Positions 21,809 through 32,199 of a DNA stretch of 32,436 nucleotides are shown in pieces (the stretch's first letter is position 1; each line of letters opens with the position of its first letter). Position numbers and translations under genes: made by a program. This DNA is from Octopus bimaculoides (taxonomy: Eukaryota): NCBI RefSeq assembly GCF_001194135.2, contig NC_068988.1, positions 92,608,236 through 92,640,671 of the forward strand, written 5' to 3'. The notes under the pieces are model-generated. The model did not search any database and was not told the origin of the DNA. It was given only the letters and a program-made list of their open reading frames with translations.

Positions 21809-23700
21809 TGACATTCTGATGTAATGATATATTTTAGATCTTCAAATATCACATCCTTCTGCAAGTCGCTGCAGATATGTATATATATATATATATATAT
21901 AAAAGTATATATGTATATTTGTGTGTATTAGCATGTGTGCATGCAGGCGTGTGTGCGCGTGAGTTTATATGCATACAAAAAGATGTTAAAACCCAGAATA
22001 AGTGAGATGACGAAATACATATACCAGATAGTTGCTTAAAAATTTTAGCTGAATATCACGAGCTGTCCTAAGTTTCCTATTATTTTTCATAGAAATGTGT
22101 TCTGCATGTACAAACGTGTATGTGTATCTGTGCGTAAGCATGTAATTTTGCAGGCGTGTGTCATTGTTTATATATATGTGTGTGTCTGTTTCGCCTTTGG
22201 CTGATCACGTCTGTCGTGACCAGCCAAGAGCGAGACTTTGAGTAAACTGTAATTATCTGATATAATAAATCTGTCCGCTCTACTCTTCATATTGAGTACT
22301 ATATCAGTTAATGCTTACACTATGTATTATATATATATATATATATATATNNNNNNNNNNNNNNNNNNNNNNNNNNNNNNNNNNNNNNNNNNNNNNNNNN
22401 NNNNNNNNNNNNNNNNNNNNNNNNNNNNNNNNNNNNNNNNNNNNNNNNNNNNNNNNNNNNNNNNNNNNNNNNNNNNNNNNNNNNNNNNNNNNNNNNNNNN
22501 NNNNNNNNNNNNNNNNNNNNNNNNNNNNNNNNNNNNNNNNNNNNNNNNNNNNNNNNNNNNNNNNNNNNNNNNNNNNNNNNNNNNNNNNNNNNNNNNNNNN
22601 NNNNNNNNNNNNNNNNNNNNNNNNNNNNNNNNNNNNNNNNNNNNNNNNNNNNNNNNNNNNNNNNNNNNNNNNNNNNNNNNNNNNNNNNNNNNNNNNNNNN
22701 NNNNNNNNNNNNNNNNNNNNNNNNNNNNNNNNNNNNNNNNNNNNNNNNNNNNNNNNNNNNNNNNNNNNNNNNNNNNNNNNNNNNNNNNNNNNNNNNNNNN
22801 NNNNNNNNNNNNNNNNNNNNNNNNNNNNNNNNNNNNNNNNNNNNNNNNNNNNNNNNNNNNNNNNNNNNNNNNNNNNNNNNNNNNNNNNNNNNNNNNNNNN
22901 NNNNNNNNNNNNNNNNNNNNNNNNNNNNNNNNNNNNNNNNNNNNNNNNNNNNNNNNNNNNNNNNNNNNNNNNNNNNNNNNNNNNNNNNNNNNNNNNNNNN
23001 NNNNNNNNNNNNNNNNNNNNNNNNNNNNNNNNNNNNNNNNNNNNNNNNNNNNNNNNNNNNNNNNNNNNNNNNNNNNNNNNNNNNNNNNNNNNNNNNNNNN
23101 NNNNNNNNNNNNNNNNNNNNNNNNNNNNNNNNNNNNNNNNNNNNNNNNNNNNNNNNNNNNNNNNNNNNNNNNNNNNNNNNNNNNNNNNNNNNNNNNNNNN
23201 NNNNNNNNNNNNNNNNNNNNNNNNNNNNNNNNNNNNNNNNNNNNNNNNNNNNNNNNNNNNNNNNNNNNNNNNNNTATATACATATATGTATATATATATA
23301 TAAGGGCATTACTATACAATAATGCCTCACGCTTAGAGGGACTTCATAAGTCAAAACTACCAAAATAAGCACATTTTTACCGGTCGCGAGAGAATGCAAC
23401 TTTCAAAGCTAACCTCCTAAAAACTTTTAACTTAACGGTAAACCAATGGTTTCATAATTAATGCAGTAAATTATGCAGTAAACTGCATCCTTTATTCATC
23501 AGTACACGTATGGTCAAGACACATAAAAATAAACAAAAATCAACATACCCTGACGAACACTCCATGTATTCAGCACAGTACATAGACGTTGATTTTTGTT
23601 TATTGATTTTTGTTTATTGATTTTTGTTTATTTCTATGTGTCTTTATGTGTCCTTACTAAACCTAATGAATTTTACACTAATTGCCTTTTTAAGAGCAAA

Positions 23701-23950
23701 CCATCAGTTGTTGACGATTGCCCCCATCAACGCCCGCTTAACTGATACTCTAATCCGATCTCTGTAAGCTTGGCAGCCGGTAACGACCTGTTCAGCTTCC
23801 AGGAACCGGGACCCTGTCTACGAAGTCCATCTAGGTCGACCGTACAGATCACGAATTTGTGGTCTGTGCAGCCGATTATATGAAAGTGTGGACAACCTAT
23901 GCTGTTCTTATTAGGTGCCCTACAAAGCACCCTTCCTTGAGTGCGCCTAA
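23701..23950 (-). mobile_element. Tx1/L1-clade LINE AP-endonuclease C-terminal relic
   Basis: GRVLCR...GCPHFHIIGCTDHKFVICTVDLDGLRRQGPGSWKLNRSL matches the SDH...GPG.WKLN.SLL hallmark of L1/Tx1 endonucleases. Confidence 0.85.
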
Positions 23951-24026
23951 TAATATTAACTGTAAACGTTCTTTGGTCTTTTGTTGTTTTTTGTATTTGA
24001 TTTTGTCTTTTGTTAGTGATCTGACC

Positions 24027-24064
<38 letters not shown>

Positions 24065-24116
24065 TCTCTGTCTCTGTCTCTGTCTCTCTCTGCAAATGTG
24101 TGCGCGCGTGTATAAA

Positions 24117-24340
24117 GGCGCGTGGCCTAGTGGTCAGGCTGTTGTACTCACGATAGCTAGATCGTGGGTTCGATTCCCTGTCTGGGCGACGCGTTGTGTT
24201 CTTGAGCAAAGCACTTCATTTCACATTGCTCCAGTCCCTCTTTCGATCCGAGGGGAATGTTCGTCAGCTGCTCTAGCTAGCGGAGTGGTGTCATTTGAAG
24301 GCTAAAACACTTCAGAAAGCGCATTGTGACCAGCGATGTG
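24117..24340 (+). mobile_element. SINE family D head and centre with a different 3' module
   Basis: TGGCCTAGTGG, GGGTTCGATTCC and GTTCTTGAGCAAAGCACTTCATTTCAC, then CATTTGAAGGCTAAAAC...GCATTGTGACCAGCGATGTG. Confidence 0.8.
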
Positions 24341-24744
24341 ATACGAACGTATCCCGGGTGATTTCGTTGCTTAGTGCTATGTACTTAATGCAGGGTTTTC
24401 AAGGGGAAATACAAAGCTGGTCCTCATTAATTTCTTTTGAGGGTTTTCTCATTAGGCACTGATAAATACCTGGACGTTACGATGGTAGATAGTTAAGAAG
24501 TTCGCTTTGCAACACCGACGTCCCAGTTTCTATCTCACTACTTGGTATTCTGGGCAAATGTGTCTTACTATTGTTTTGTGCCGGTCCAAGCTTCTGAGTA
24601 AAATTGGAGAGACGTAATATGTACAAAAGTTTGTAGCATGCACTATACATGTTTATTCAACGGTACAGTTTTGTCATACACTGTGTAACGATGAGGAGGC
24701 TATTCAGTTGATCGAACAACTGAATGGATAGCAAAATATAAAAA

Positions 24745-24940
24745 TTTCTGATTTAGGCGCAAAGCCAGCATTTTTGAGGGAAGGACGCTAGTCAAAACCA
24801 TCTATCCTGGTACTTGGACTAGTATTTTATTTTATTGACCCAGGAGAGATGAAAGGCAAAGTTGACTCCGGTGAAATTTAAAGCCTGAGCCGGAACGAAA
24901 ACCGTGAAGAAAATTGTCTAATATTCTGACAATTCTGCCA
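24745..24940 (-). mobile_element. SINE family A, decayed; a further decayed piece lies at about 24950-25090
   Basis: GATGAAAGGCAAAGTTGACTCCGGTGAAATTTAAA...ACAATTCTGCCA. Confidence 0.7.
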
Positions 24941-25885
24941 TGGGTTGAAGTTTTATTTTTATCGAAAGCCGCAAAGATAAAAGACGAAGTTGCCCTAAGT
25001 GGTATTTGAAATCAGAACGCAAAGTGCCGAAGCAAATACATTTTGTATGACGCTGATGTTCTGACGATTGTGTCAACTTTCTGCCTTTAACATTGCTTAA
25101 TCATTCCATGTTAAGAACAATACTCTCTCTACAAAAGAGAAAGGAGGATGATGAAAAAAAAAAAAAAAAAAAAAACCCTCGAGATAGACGTAGGAGAAAA
25201 GCTGGCCCGATCAGACGGTGAAAAACAAAACTAAAGTCAAACAAAAACGCCAAAGATAATAACAATACCATAGATTAAGAGTTCAAAATGTGGGTCAATA
25301 CAAAACCAGGTTTTGTTGGGCTGTAATAAAAGAGTCCTGTGAAACTCTGACAAAGAAAAAAAAAACCAACAACTAAATACTGTAATGAGTTAAGTCCAAA
25401 GTTTTAGTTTCCGTCAACTGATCTCCATACCATAAACTGAAATATATATAATGGGTGCTTCAGGCATTCTGTACCATTAGCTCTTAACTTGGAAAGTAGC
25501 GCCTCCTTCGTTCCATTGTGAGCCGGCAAGGAGGAAGTAAATACAAGGAGGTACTATACAGGTACGCTGACTGTTTAGAAGAGTGGTGACCATTCTTAGA
25601 AATTAGATATTAAATCAAGTATAATATTTACATTTAGACACATGAGTAAGACATTATAATATCAGTGAAATAAAATGAATAACTCCGCCTTTGAAAGGAA
25701 GTAAAGTTGCTATTGTATGTGTTTGCTTCAGCATAGAAGCATGACTAATTAGCTAAACGGTAAAGTTGAATTCCAAATGCAAAAAAGGAATGGTTCGAGG
25801 CTCTTGTTGTCAAATACCGAACCTGGTATCTGTTCGATATCAATCGTTAATACGCGGCTAATATCGATTCAATATTCACAGAATC

Positions 25886-26104
25886 GGAGCTGGCGAGCTG
25901 GCGGAATCGTTAGCACGCCGGGCGAAATGCTTAACAGCATTTTGTCGGTCTTCACGTTCTGAGATCGAATTTCTCCGAAGCTGACTTTACCTTTTACCTC
26001 TTTCGGGGTCGATAAAATAAGTACCAATTGAGCACTGGGGTCGATGTAATTGACTTACTCCCTTTCCCAAAATTGCTGACCCTGTGCCAAAGCTTGAAAC
26101 CGAT
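25886..26104 (+). mobile_element. SINE family A, full length
   Basis: GGCGAGCTGGCGGAATCGTTAGCACGCCGGGCGAAATGC... (A box), GAGATCGAATTTC (B-box-like), then GGGGTCGATAAAATAAGTACCA...CTGGGGTCGATGTAATTGAC. Confidence 0.9.
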
Positions 26105-26643
26105 ACTGCATAGTGATTTATTATCCCCATTTTCTTATAATCCAACACGCACCTCTATTTAGATATTTGCGTAGACTAATGCCCCCTAGGAGGGATTTAG
26201 TTCGATACTATCGACCACAGTACTTGACTCATAATTTATTTTAGCAACTCTGAAAGGATGAAATGCAAGTTTGATTTTGGAGAAATTTGAAAGATGGCTA
26301 ATATAATGAAATCATATTCAGGTTTCTATCATTAGTGCACTTAGATAAAAAAAATATATATACTTTGTGGAACGATGATCAACACAACCATATAAATTGT
26401 TTTTTCTTTTTTTTAAATATAACTGATGTTTGGAAATAAAAGACGTATATTAGTATTTGGTTATCTTTAAGATATTGAAAAAAATCATTATATTCCATAA
26501 ACAATATGTAATAATTGAATAATAATGATTGTCTGTCTTGTATTCGATGAAATTCTGCGGATGAAAGAATTTTTAGCAGACACATACTCAGACGGCACCG
26601 ACAGTTAAGCTGCAATCGTTCAAGAGATTCTTTGATACCAGTT

Positions 26644-26813
26644 CAGCAATTTCAAAGAGGGGTAAGTCGATTATATCTACCACAGTGCTCAACTGGTACT
26701 TATTCTATCAACCCCAAAAAGATGTAAGGCAAAGTCGACCTCGGTATTTGAACACAGAACATAAAGACGGATGAAATACCCGCTAAGCATTTTATTCTGC
26801 GAGTTAACGATTC
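26644..26813 (-). mobile_element. SINE family A copy
   Basis: AAGGCAAAGTCGACCTCGG-TATTTGAACACAGAAC...GCTAAGCATTT...AACGATTC. Confidence 0.85.
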
Positions 26814-27083
26814 TTTTCTACTCTAGGTACAAGGCCTGAAATTTTTTGGGGGTGGGGNNNNNNNNNNNNNNNNNNNNNNNNNNNNNNNNNNNNNNNNNNN
26901 NNNNNNNNNNGGGGGGGGGCAGTCGATTAGATCGACCCCAGTACGCAACTGGTACTTAATTTATCGACTCTCAAAGGATGAAAGGCAAAGTCGACCCCGG
27001 CGGAATTTCAACTCAGAACGTAAAGACAGACGAAATAACGCTAGGTATTTCGCCTGGCGTGGCTAACGTTTCTGCCAGTTCGC
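26810..27083 (-). mobile_element. SINE family A copy with an alternative tail, directly abutting the previous copy
   Basis: Tail AATTTCAGGCCTTGTACCTAGAGTAGAAAAGAAT; head GCGAACTGGCAGAAACGTTAGCC; N gap in the poly-G/C tract. Confidence 0.9.
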
Positions 27084-27619
27084 AGTCTTGCCACTGTGCA
27101 ATATTCTACTAATTGATTAGAATAGTTGGGGCAGATTTTTTTATTTTTTTATTTTTGTAAAACGCTATTCAGTGAAAGGGTGTGCTCAGCGATAAGACAG
27201 ATCTACTGTATGAGATCAAATAACGACAGATATCGTTTATATCATACTATACCGTCTTAAAAAAAAAAACGTTCACGTAGGTTATAGTTCTGAATAAATT
27301 ACGTTTGAGGTAAAACAAATGACATTTTGGTCATGGCTTCGAATTCGTCATCTGGGTCTAATCAACGGCAAAAACAACAGCGGCTACAACTAAAGATAAT
27401 TCAATGATAATGATCACAACTTTTTTACACGGACATACGTACAACAGTGGTTTCTAGTAAATCAAGCATACGTATCCAGCCTACAATATTTTCTGGGTAA
27501 AGCTCATTTATTCAAAGTTCATCCATCCATTCATCCATCCATCCATCCATCCATCCATCCCTATCTACCTACATACACATCTACCTACTTACCTAAGTAT
27601 CTACCTAACCTTTTGTTTG

Positions 27620-27783
27620 TTTTTTTACCTGTTTCAGTCATTAGTCGACGGCCATGCTGGGGCACCACCTTGAAAGATTTCGTCGAACAAATCCACACCA
27701 GTGCTTATTTTAAAATTTGGTACTTATTCTTACGGGCTATTTTTTTGCCGAACATAAACAAACCAACGTCACTCGTCAACCAG
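27620..27783 (-). mobile_element. SINE family B, 3' part
   Basis: CTGTTTCAGTCATT...GCCATGCTGGGGCACCACCTTGAA...GGTACTTATTC. Confidence 0.82.
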
Positions 27784-28240
27784 TAGGAGTAAGGGACAAG
27801 TCAAAGGCATAGGGGACCAATGGGAGAGACCGCTCCCCGCGAGCACATTTTTCAAAACTTTGTAATACTAGATGGGCGTCCAGAAATTCAGCAGCAGAGT
27901 CTGTCGAGCAGAATTTATTAGCACTAGTAACTGCTCTACAAAGAATTCTGGATGGTAGGATAAAAAGAAAATGTGCTCCTAAGCAGCTCGCTGAGGCAAA
28001 GGGTATACAAGAAACATTAAGTACTTATGAATTCTTAGTTGATGTTATATTTTGGAGTGAAATGCTAGACAAGGGTTTTAATTTATCCACGTTTTTAAAG
28101 AAAAGCAGATTAGATCTGGTAACGACTTCTCAGTTGGTTCAGATTTTTGAAAAAGAAATGAAAGATATGTGAAATGTGCATGAATCTCAGATTGAAAATA
28201 AATTAAGTGAACTGTCACAACAGTATATTAGTACGGAATA

Positions 28241-28627
28241 TTGTTGTTGTTGGCACTCCGTCGCTTACGACGTCGAGGGTTCCAGTTGATCCTATCAACG
28301 GAACAGCCTGCTCGTGAAATTAACGTGCAAGTGGCTGAGCACTCCACAGACACGTGTACCCTTAACGTAGTTCTCGGGGAGATTCAGTGTGACACAGTGT
28401 GACAAGGCTGACCCTTTGAATTACAGGCACAACCGAAACAGGAAGAAAGAGTGAGAGAAATTTGTGGTGAAAGAGTACAACAGGGTTCGCCACCATCCCC
28501 TGCCGGAGCCTCGTGGAGTTTTAGGTGTTTTCGCTCAATAAACACTCACAACGCCGGGTCTGGGAATCGAAACCGCGATCTTATGACCACGAGTCCGCTG
28601 CCCTAACCACTGGGCCATTGCGCCTCC
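28241..28627 (-). mobile_element. SINE family C, full length, inserted into the hAT transposase
   Basis: Reverse complement of the 19292 copy; TSD AGTACGGAATAT (28230-28241) / AGTACTGAATAT (28630-28641). Confidence 0.95.
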
Positions 28628-29000
28628 ACAGTACTGAATATAGGCAATACCAAAAAACGTAAAGGAAAAAGATTCCTTGATGAAATTGCAGAAGTTGAAG
28701 GAATACTTGATGCTCGGAAGAAATTCATGATTGAAACCTACTTAGTGTTCTTAGATTCTGCTATAAATGGTAGAATCGAGCATTTTAAAAATGTGGCTTT
28801 CAAACTTGGTGTTTTAGATCCAAAACATTTTGATAGCGCAGATGATGTGAATAAATTAGAAATTTTAGCAGACGCACTCATCGTTCAAGAGTTTCTTCCA
28901 TTCAAAGATATGCACAAAGAAATAATGAGCACTAGGAGTAAAGGCAAATTCAAGTGTCGAAGAACTGACCATTGACGATGTACATAATTTCATGATTGTC

Positions 29001-29060
29001 ATTGACATGTGTTCCATTGACATGTGTTCCATTGACATGTGTTCCATTGACATGTGTTCC
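29001..29060 (+). repeat. Four perfect copies of the 15-mer ATTGACATGTGTTCC
   Basis: Direct reading of the sequence. Confidence 0.97.
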
Positions 29061-29609
29061 ATCTACCCAAATCTGTCCACGCTGTAACATCACCAATAAA
29101 TAGCGCAATAGCTGAACGATCTTTTAGTCGGCTGAATCAGATAAAGTCTTGCCTTCGTTCTGCAATGGGCGAGGGTAGATTGTCTAGCTTAGCTTCGCTC
29201 TCCATTGAAAGAAAGTTGGCTACTGAGGTGATTATTGATAAAATTATAGATAACTTTCCGAGAATAAAGCCAAAACGAAAGAAGGTGTTGTAGTTCCTTC
29301 GTGATACGTTTTTCACAATGCTTCGTTTTGTTTTCATTTTACGTTTAAAATCAGAATAATTGGATAACACAAATGTTTTGAGATTTATGAGCTTAATGTA
29401 AAACTATTTGTGTTTTAATTTTAAATACAAAATAACAATTAAGTACTTCCTTTAAAATCGTATCTTTCTCGTGTTTCGATTTTAAACACAAAATTAAAAT
29501 GTATAATTAATGAGTTAAAAATTGTTTGGTCTGTGTCACGGCGCCTTTTTCATTATGTGCTCGCCCCACTTCCCTAACTCTGGAATCTAGCTACGCTCCT
29601 GTATACAGA

Positions 29610-29723
29610 TCCGTCTACGAAATTCCATCATAAGTAAAAACATTTAGTCAAGGCATTGCACAATGGGACTGAACTCGACACCACGTGATAGCGAGGCGAG
29701 TTTATAAACCTCACAGCCTGCGT
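29610..29723 (-). mobile_element. SINE family B head, decayed
   Basis: CAAGGCATTGCACAATGGGACTGAACTC...CACAGCCTGCGTC is the reverse complement of the family B head. Confidence 0.65.
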
Positions 29724-29728
29724 CTGCT

Positions 29729-29757
29729 ACACACACGCACACACACACACACACACA

Positions 29758-29796
<39 letters not shown>
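29729..29796. repeat. (AC)n(GT)n self-complementary microsatellite at a gap edge
   Basis: Direct reading; the centre is at 29760/29761. Confidence 0.9.
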
Positions 29797-30646
29797 NNNN
29801 NNNNNNNNNNNNNNNNNNNNNNNNNNNNNNNNNNNNNNNNNNNNNNNNNNNNNNNNNNNNNNNNNNNNNNNNNNNNNNNNNNNNNNNNNNNNNNNNNNNN
29901 NNNNNNNNNNNNNNNNNNNNNNNNNNNNNNNNNNNNNNNNNNNNNNNNNNNNNNNNNNNNNNNNNNNNNNNNNNNNNNNNNNNNNNNNNNNNNNNNNNNN
30001 NNNNNNNNNNNNNNNNNNNNNNNNNNNNNNNNNNNNNNNNNNNNNNNNNNNNNNNNNNNNNNNNNNNNNNNNNNNNNNNNNNNNNNNNNNNNNNNNNNNN
30101 NNNNNNNNNNNNNNNNNNNNNNNNNNNNNNNNNNNNNNNNNNNNNNNNNNNNNNNNNNNNNNNNNNNNNNNNNNNNNNNNNNNNNNNNNNNNNNNNNNNN
30201 NNNNNNNNNNNNNNNNNNNNNNNNNNNNNNNNNNNNNNNNNNNNNNNNNNNNNNNNNNNNNNNNNNNNNNNNNNNNNNNNNNNNNNNNNNNNNNNNNNNN
30301 NNNNNNNNNNNNNNNNNNNNNNNNNNNNNNNNNNNNNNNNNNNNNNNNNNNNNNNNNNNNNNNNNNNNNNNNNNNNNNNNNNNNNNNNNNNNNNNNNNNN
30401 NNNNNNNNNNNNNNNNNNNNNNNNNNNNNNNNNNNNNNNNNNNNNNNNNNNNNNNNNNNNNNNNNNNNNNNNNNNNNNNNNNNNNNNNNNNNNNNNNNNN
30501 NNNNNNNNNNNNNNNNNNNATGCAGGACCTGAAGAAACAGTACGAGTGAAACGAGAAGGAGACATAAGTGAATTGGGAGTGCCCGCGTAGTTTTGGTACG
30601 AGACCTGATGCAACCAAGGAGTAGAGGTTACGGTAGCAGCAGTAGA

Positions 30647-30699
<53 letters not shown>

Positions 30700-31119
30700 A
30701 GAGGATGTCTGTTGGACACAGGTTAGTGCTCTGAGAAAATTCATGCCAGTCAGTCGAGAAGCCTTTCCTTGGATGGGGGTCTCTGTGACTGTGTAGCAAC
30801 TACACAGTCACAGACGTAGGAGCAGTTCTCCATTGTGAGTCCTACTTGAGCTTCGTGGAAGGCTAACAGTTGCTGGGACCTGAAGTATATTATAGCTATG
30901 AAGAGGTAGGCCAATCTCTGTGATTAGGCCCTGGCTAAACTGCGGATGGTCATTTACCCGGATGGGCTTTCGCCTAGAGAAAACCTTACTGGTGGTGGTA
31001 ATTTAACGTTTGAAACAACTAGAAAGATGCTAATTTTCGTTCTGTTCCTGTTTAGTGGTAAGATTACGTACGATAGTGTTTTCTTGATGTGTGCAGTGAT
31101 TGTGTCTTTTATTTTTATT

Positions 31120-31515
31120 TTTAATTTTGAAGGAGACGAAGTTGGCAGTAGTCCATTACAGGATGTTTTCTAGGTTTCTGTTTACGGAGTTAGTGCAGAT
31201 TTGAGTGAGATGTCTAGGTTGTATGTAAGACGATGCTTGAATGAAGAAGGTTAGGGATGTATGACGTGTTGTATCAACTGTGGAGAAGCAGGTATCGTTG
31301 GATGCAACGAAAAACAGGTCGTTGATGTATTGGAAGGGGGGGGGAAGTGTGTGTGGCGGGGAACCGAACCATGGGATGCATCAGAATTATCAAGAGTGGG
31401 GGAGAAAGAGAAACTGAAACAGAGAGAGAGGGAGAGGGATGAAACTCCATCTTTACATGCTGCAATAGTCAGATCGGACAGGGTGTCGGAGGAAAATCCT
31501 GAGTGGAGAGAGAAG
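31120..31515 (-). mobile_element. Highly decayed CR1/L2-type LINE RT fragment
   Basis: Minus strand gives LSDLTIAACKDGVSS (cf. FLSDR.I.V.VDG.SS), HGSV (cf. PQGSV) and QYINDLFFVASND..F..VDTT.HTSL (cf. YINDL...FADDT.LH). Confidence 0.62.
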
Positions 31516-31717
31516 CAAGAGGAGAGGTAATAGATATAAATGTGTATGCATTTGTGCTTGTGTGCGCATGCGCGCGCGTGTGTATGTGTGTACGTGTATG
31601 TATGTATGTGTATGTGTGTGATAATGTGCGTTTATATGTTTGCGAAAGTACGACCGCTGCTTTCTCTTTGCAACTGGTCCGTAAGCAGAAATATTGTATG
31701 TTATAGTTGTGATTGTT

Positions 31718-32187
31718 GTTGACCCCTCGATCAGCTCCGTTCAAGTAGACCTGGGTCATATAAAGGTTTCCAATCATGGCCATCCTGTTTTCTTAGTGGG
31801 TGACTACTTTATCTAATGTGTGACCCCCTCCTATTTTAAGGCGGTGGATTCTGATCTCAGATAAGTTTTAGCTGCTATTTCTAGCAGGTCGAGCGATCAC
31901 ATAGAGACTCCTTCACAGGATCAGAAATACTGCTGTTGCTGACGATGTTTTGGCTTTGCTGCTGCTGCTGCTGTTGCTGTCGTTGTTGTTGTTTAACCAC
32001 AGGTCAATGATGATCAGGTAGGTCCATTAACAAAGGCATCCCAGCCATTCCATTTCAGTCTTTGATCATCAGACAGTGTATCGACAATCACATTTACCAA
32101 TATATCCTTTTTCAAACAGTAGGCCCTGATTTAAAGGAGATTTGGCTGCTATTTCCAGCATATTGAGTGAACACTTAGAGACTATCT
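31718..32187 (+). repeat. Two diverged direct copies of a ~200-bp interspersed repeat (31718-31912 and 31990-32187)
   Basis: GCTGCTATTTCTAGCAGGTCGAGCGATCACATAGAGACT versus GCTGCTATTTCCAGCATATTGAGTGAACACTTAGAGACT; the 5' blocks are also similar (AAAGG..TCC...CAT..CCAT). Confidence 0.7.
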
Positions 32188-32199
32188 GATTGGCTTACT

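Larger units (their letters stand above)
27845..29601 (+). mobile_element. hAT transposase relic (ZMYM1-like / Tip100-type) with 3' TIR, 5'-truncated, interrupted by a SINE
   Basis: LCNTRWASR, YEFLVDVIFWSEML, IYPNLSTL and SAIAERSFSRLNQIKSCLRSAMGEGRLSSLASLSIE (hAT C-terminal dimerisation domain). The right terminus reads CAGGAGCGTAGCTAG as reverse complement (29587-29601). Confidence 0.9.

Noticed and set aside
24240-24275. CTGACGA...GAAA on the minus strand (hammerhead-like)
   Set aside because: There is no credible stem II, stem III or stem I, and it lies inside a SINE body.
27800-27845. Left TIR of the hAT element
   Set aside because: CAAAGGCATAGG matches the right TIR only weakly and the 8-bp flanks do not match.
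23589-29060. Short direct-repeat arrays (14-mer x3 at 23589-23630, 15-mer x4 at 29001-29060) as CRISPR
   Set aside because: They have no spacers and sit in a eukaryotic context; they are simple tandem repeats.
11040-30799. Long ORFs of 190-460 aa in the track (e.g. 15255-16634, 22292-23368, 29711-30799)
   Set aside because: They are open only because they cross N-gaps and microsatellites.
30900-31010. HDV-like ribozyme fold
   Set aside because: P1/P2/P3 pseudoknot pairings could not be assigned by hand.
32045-32075. CTGATGA-TCAAAGACT-GAAA on the minus strand
   Set aside because: Stem II is not closed, and there is no NUH cleavage site with a stem I.
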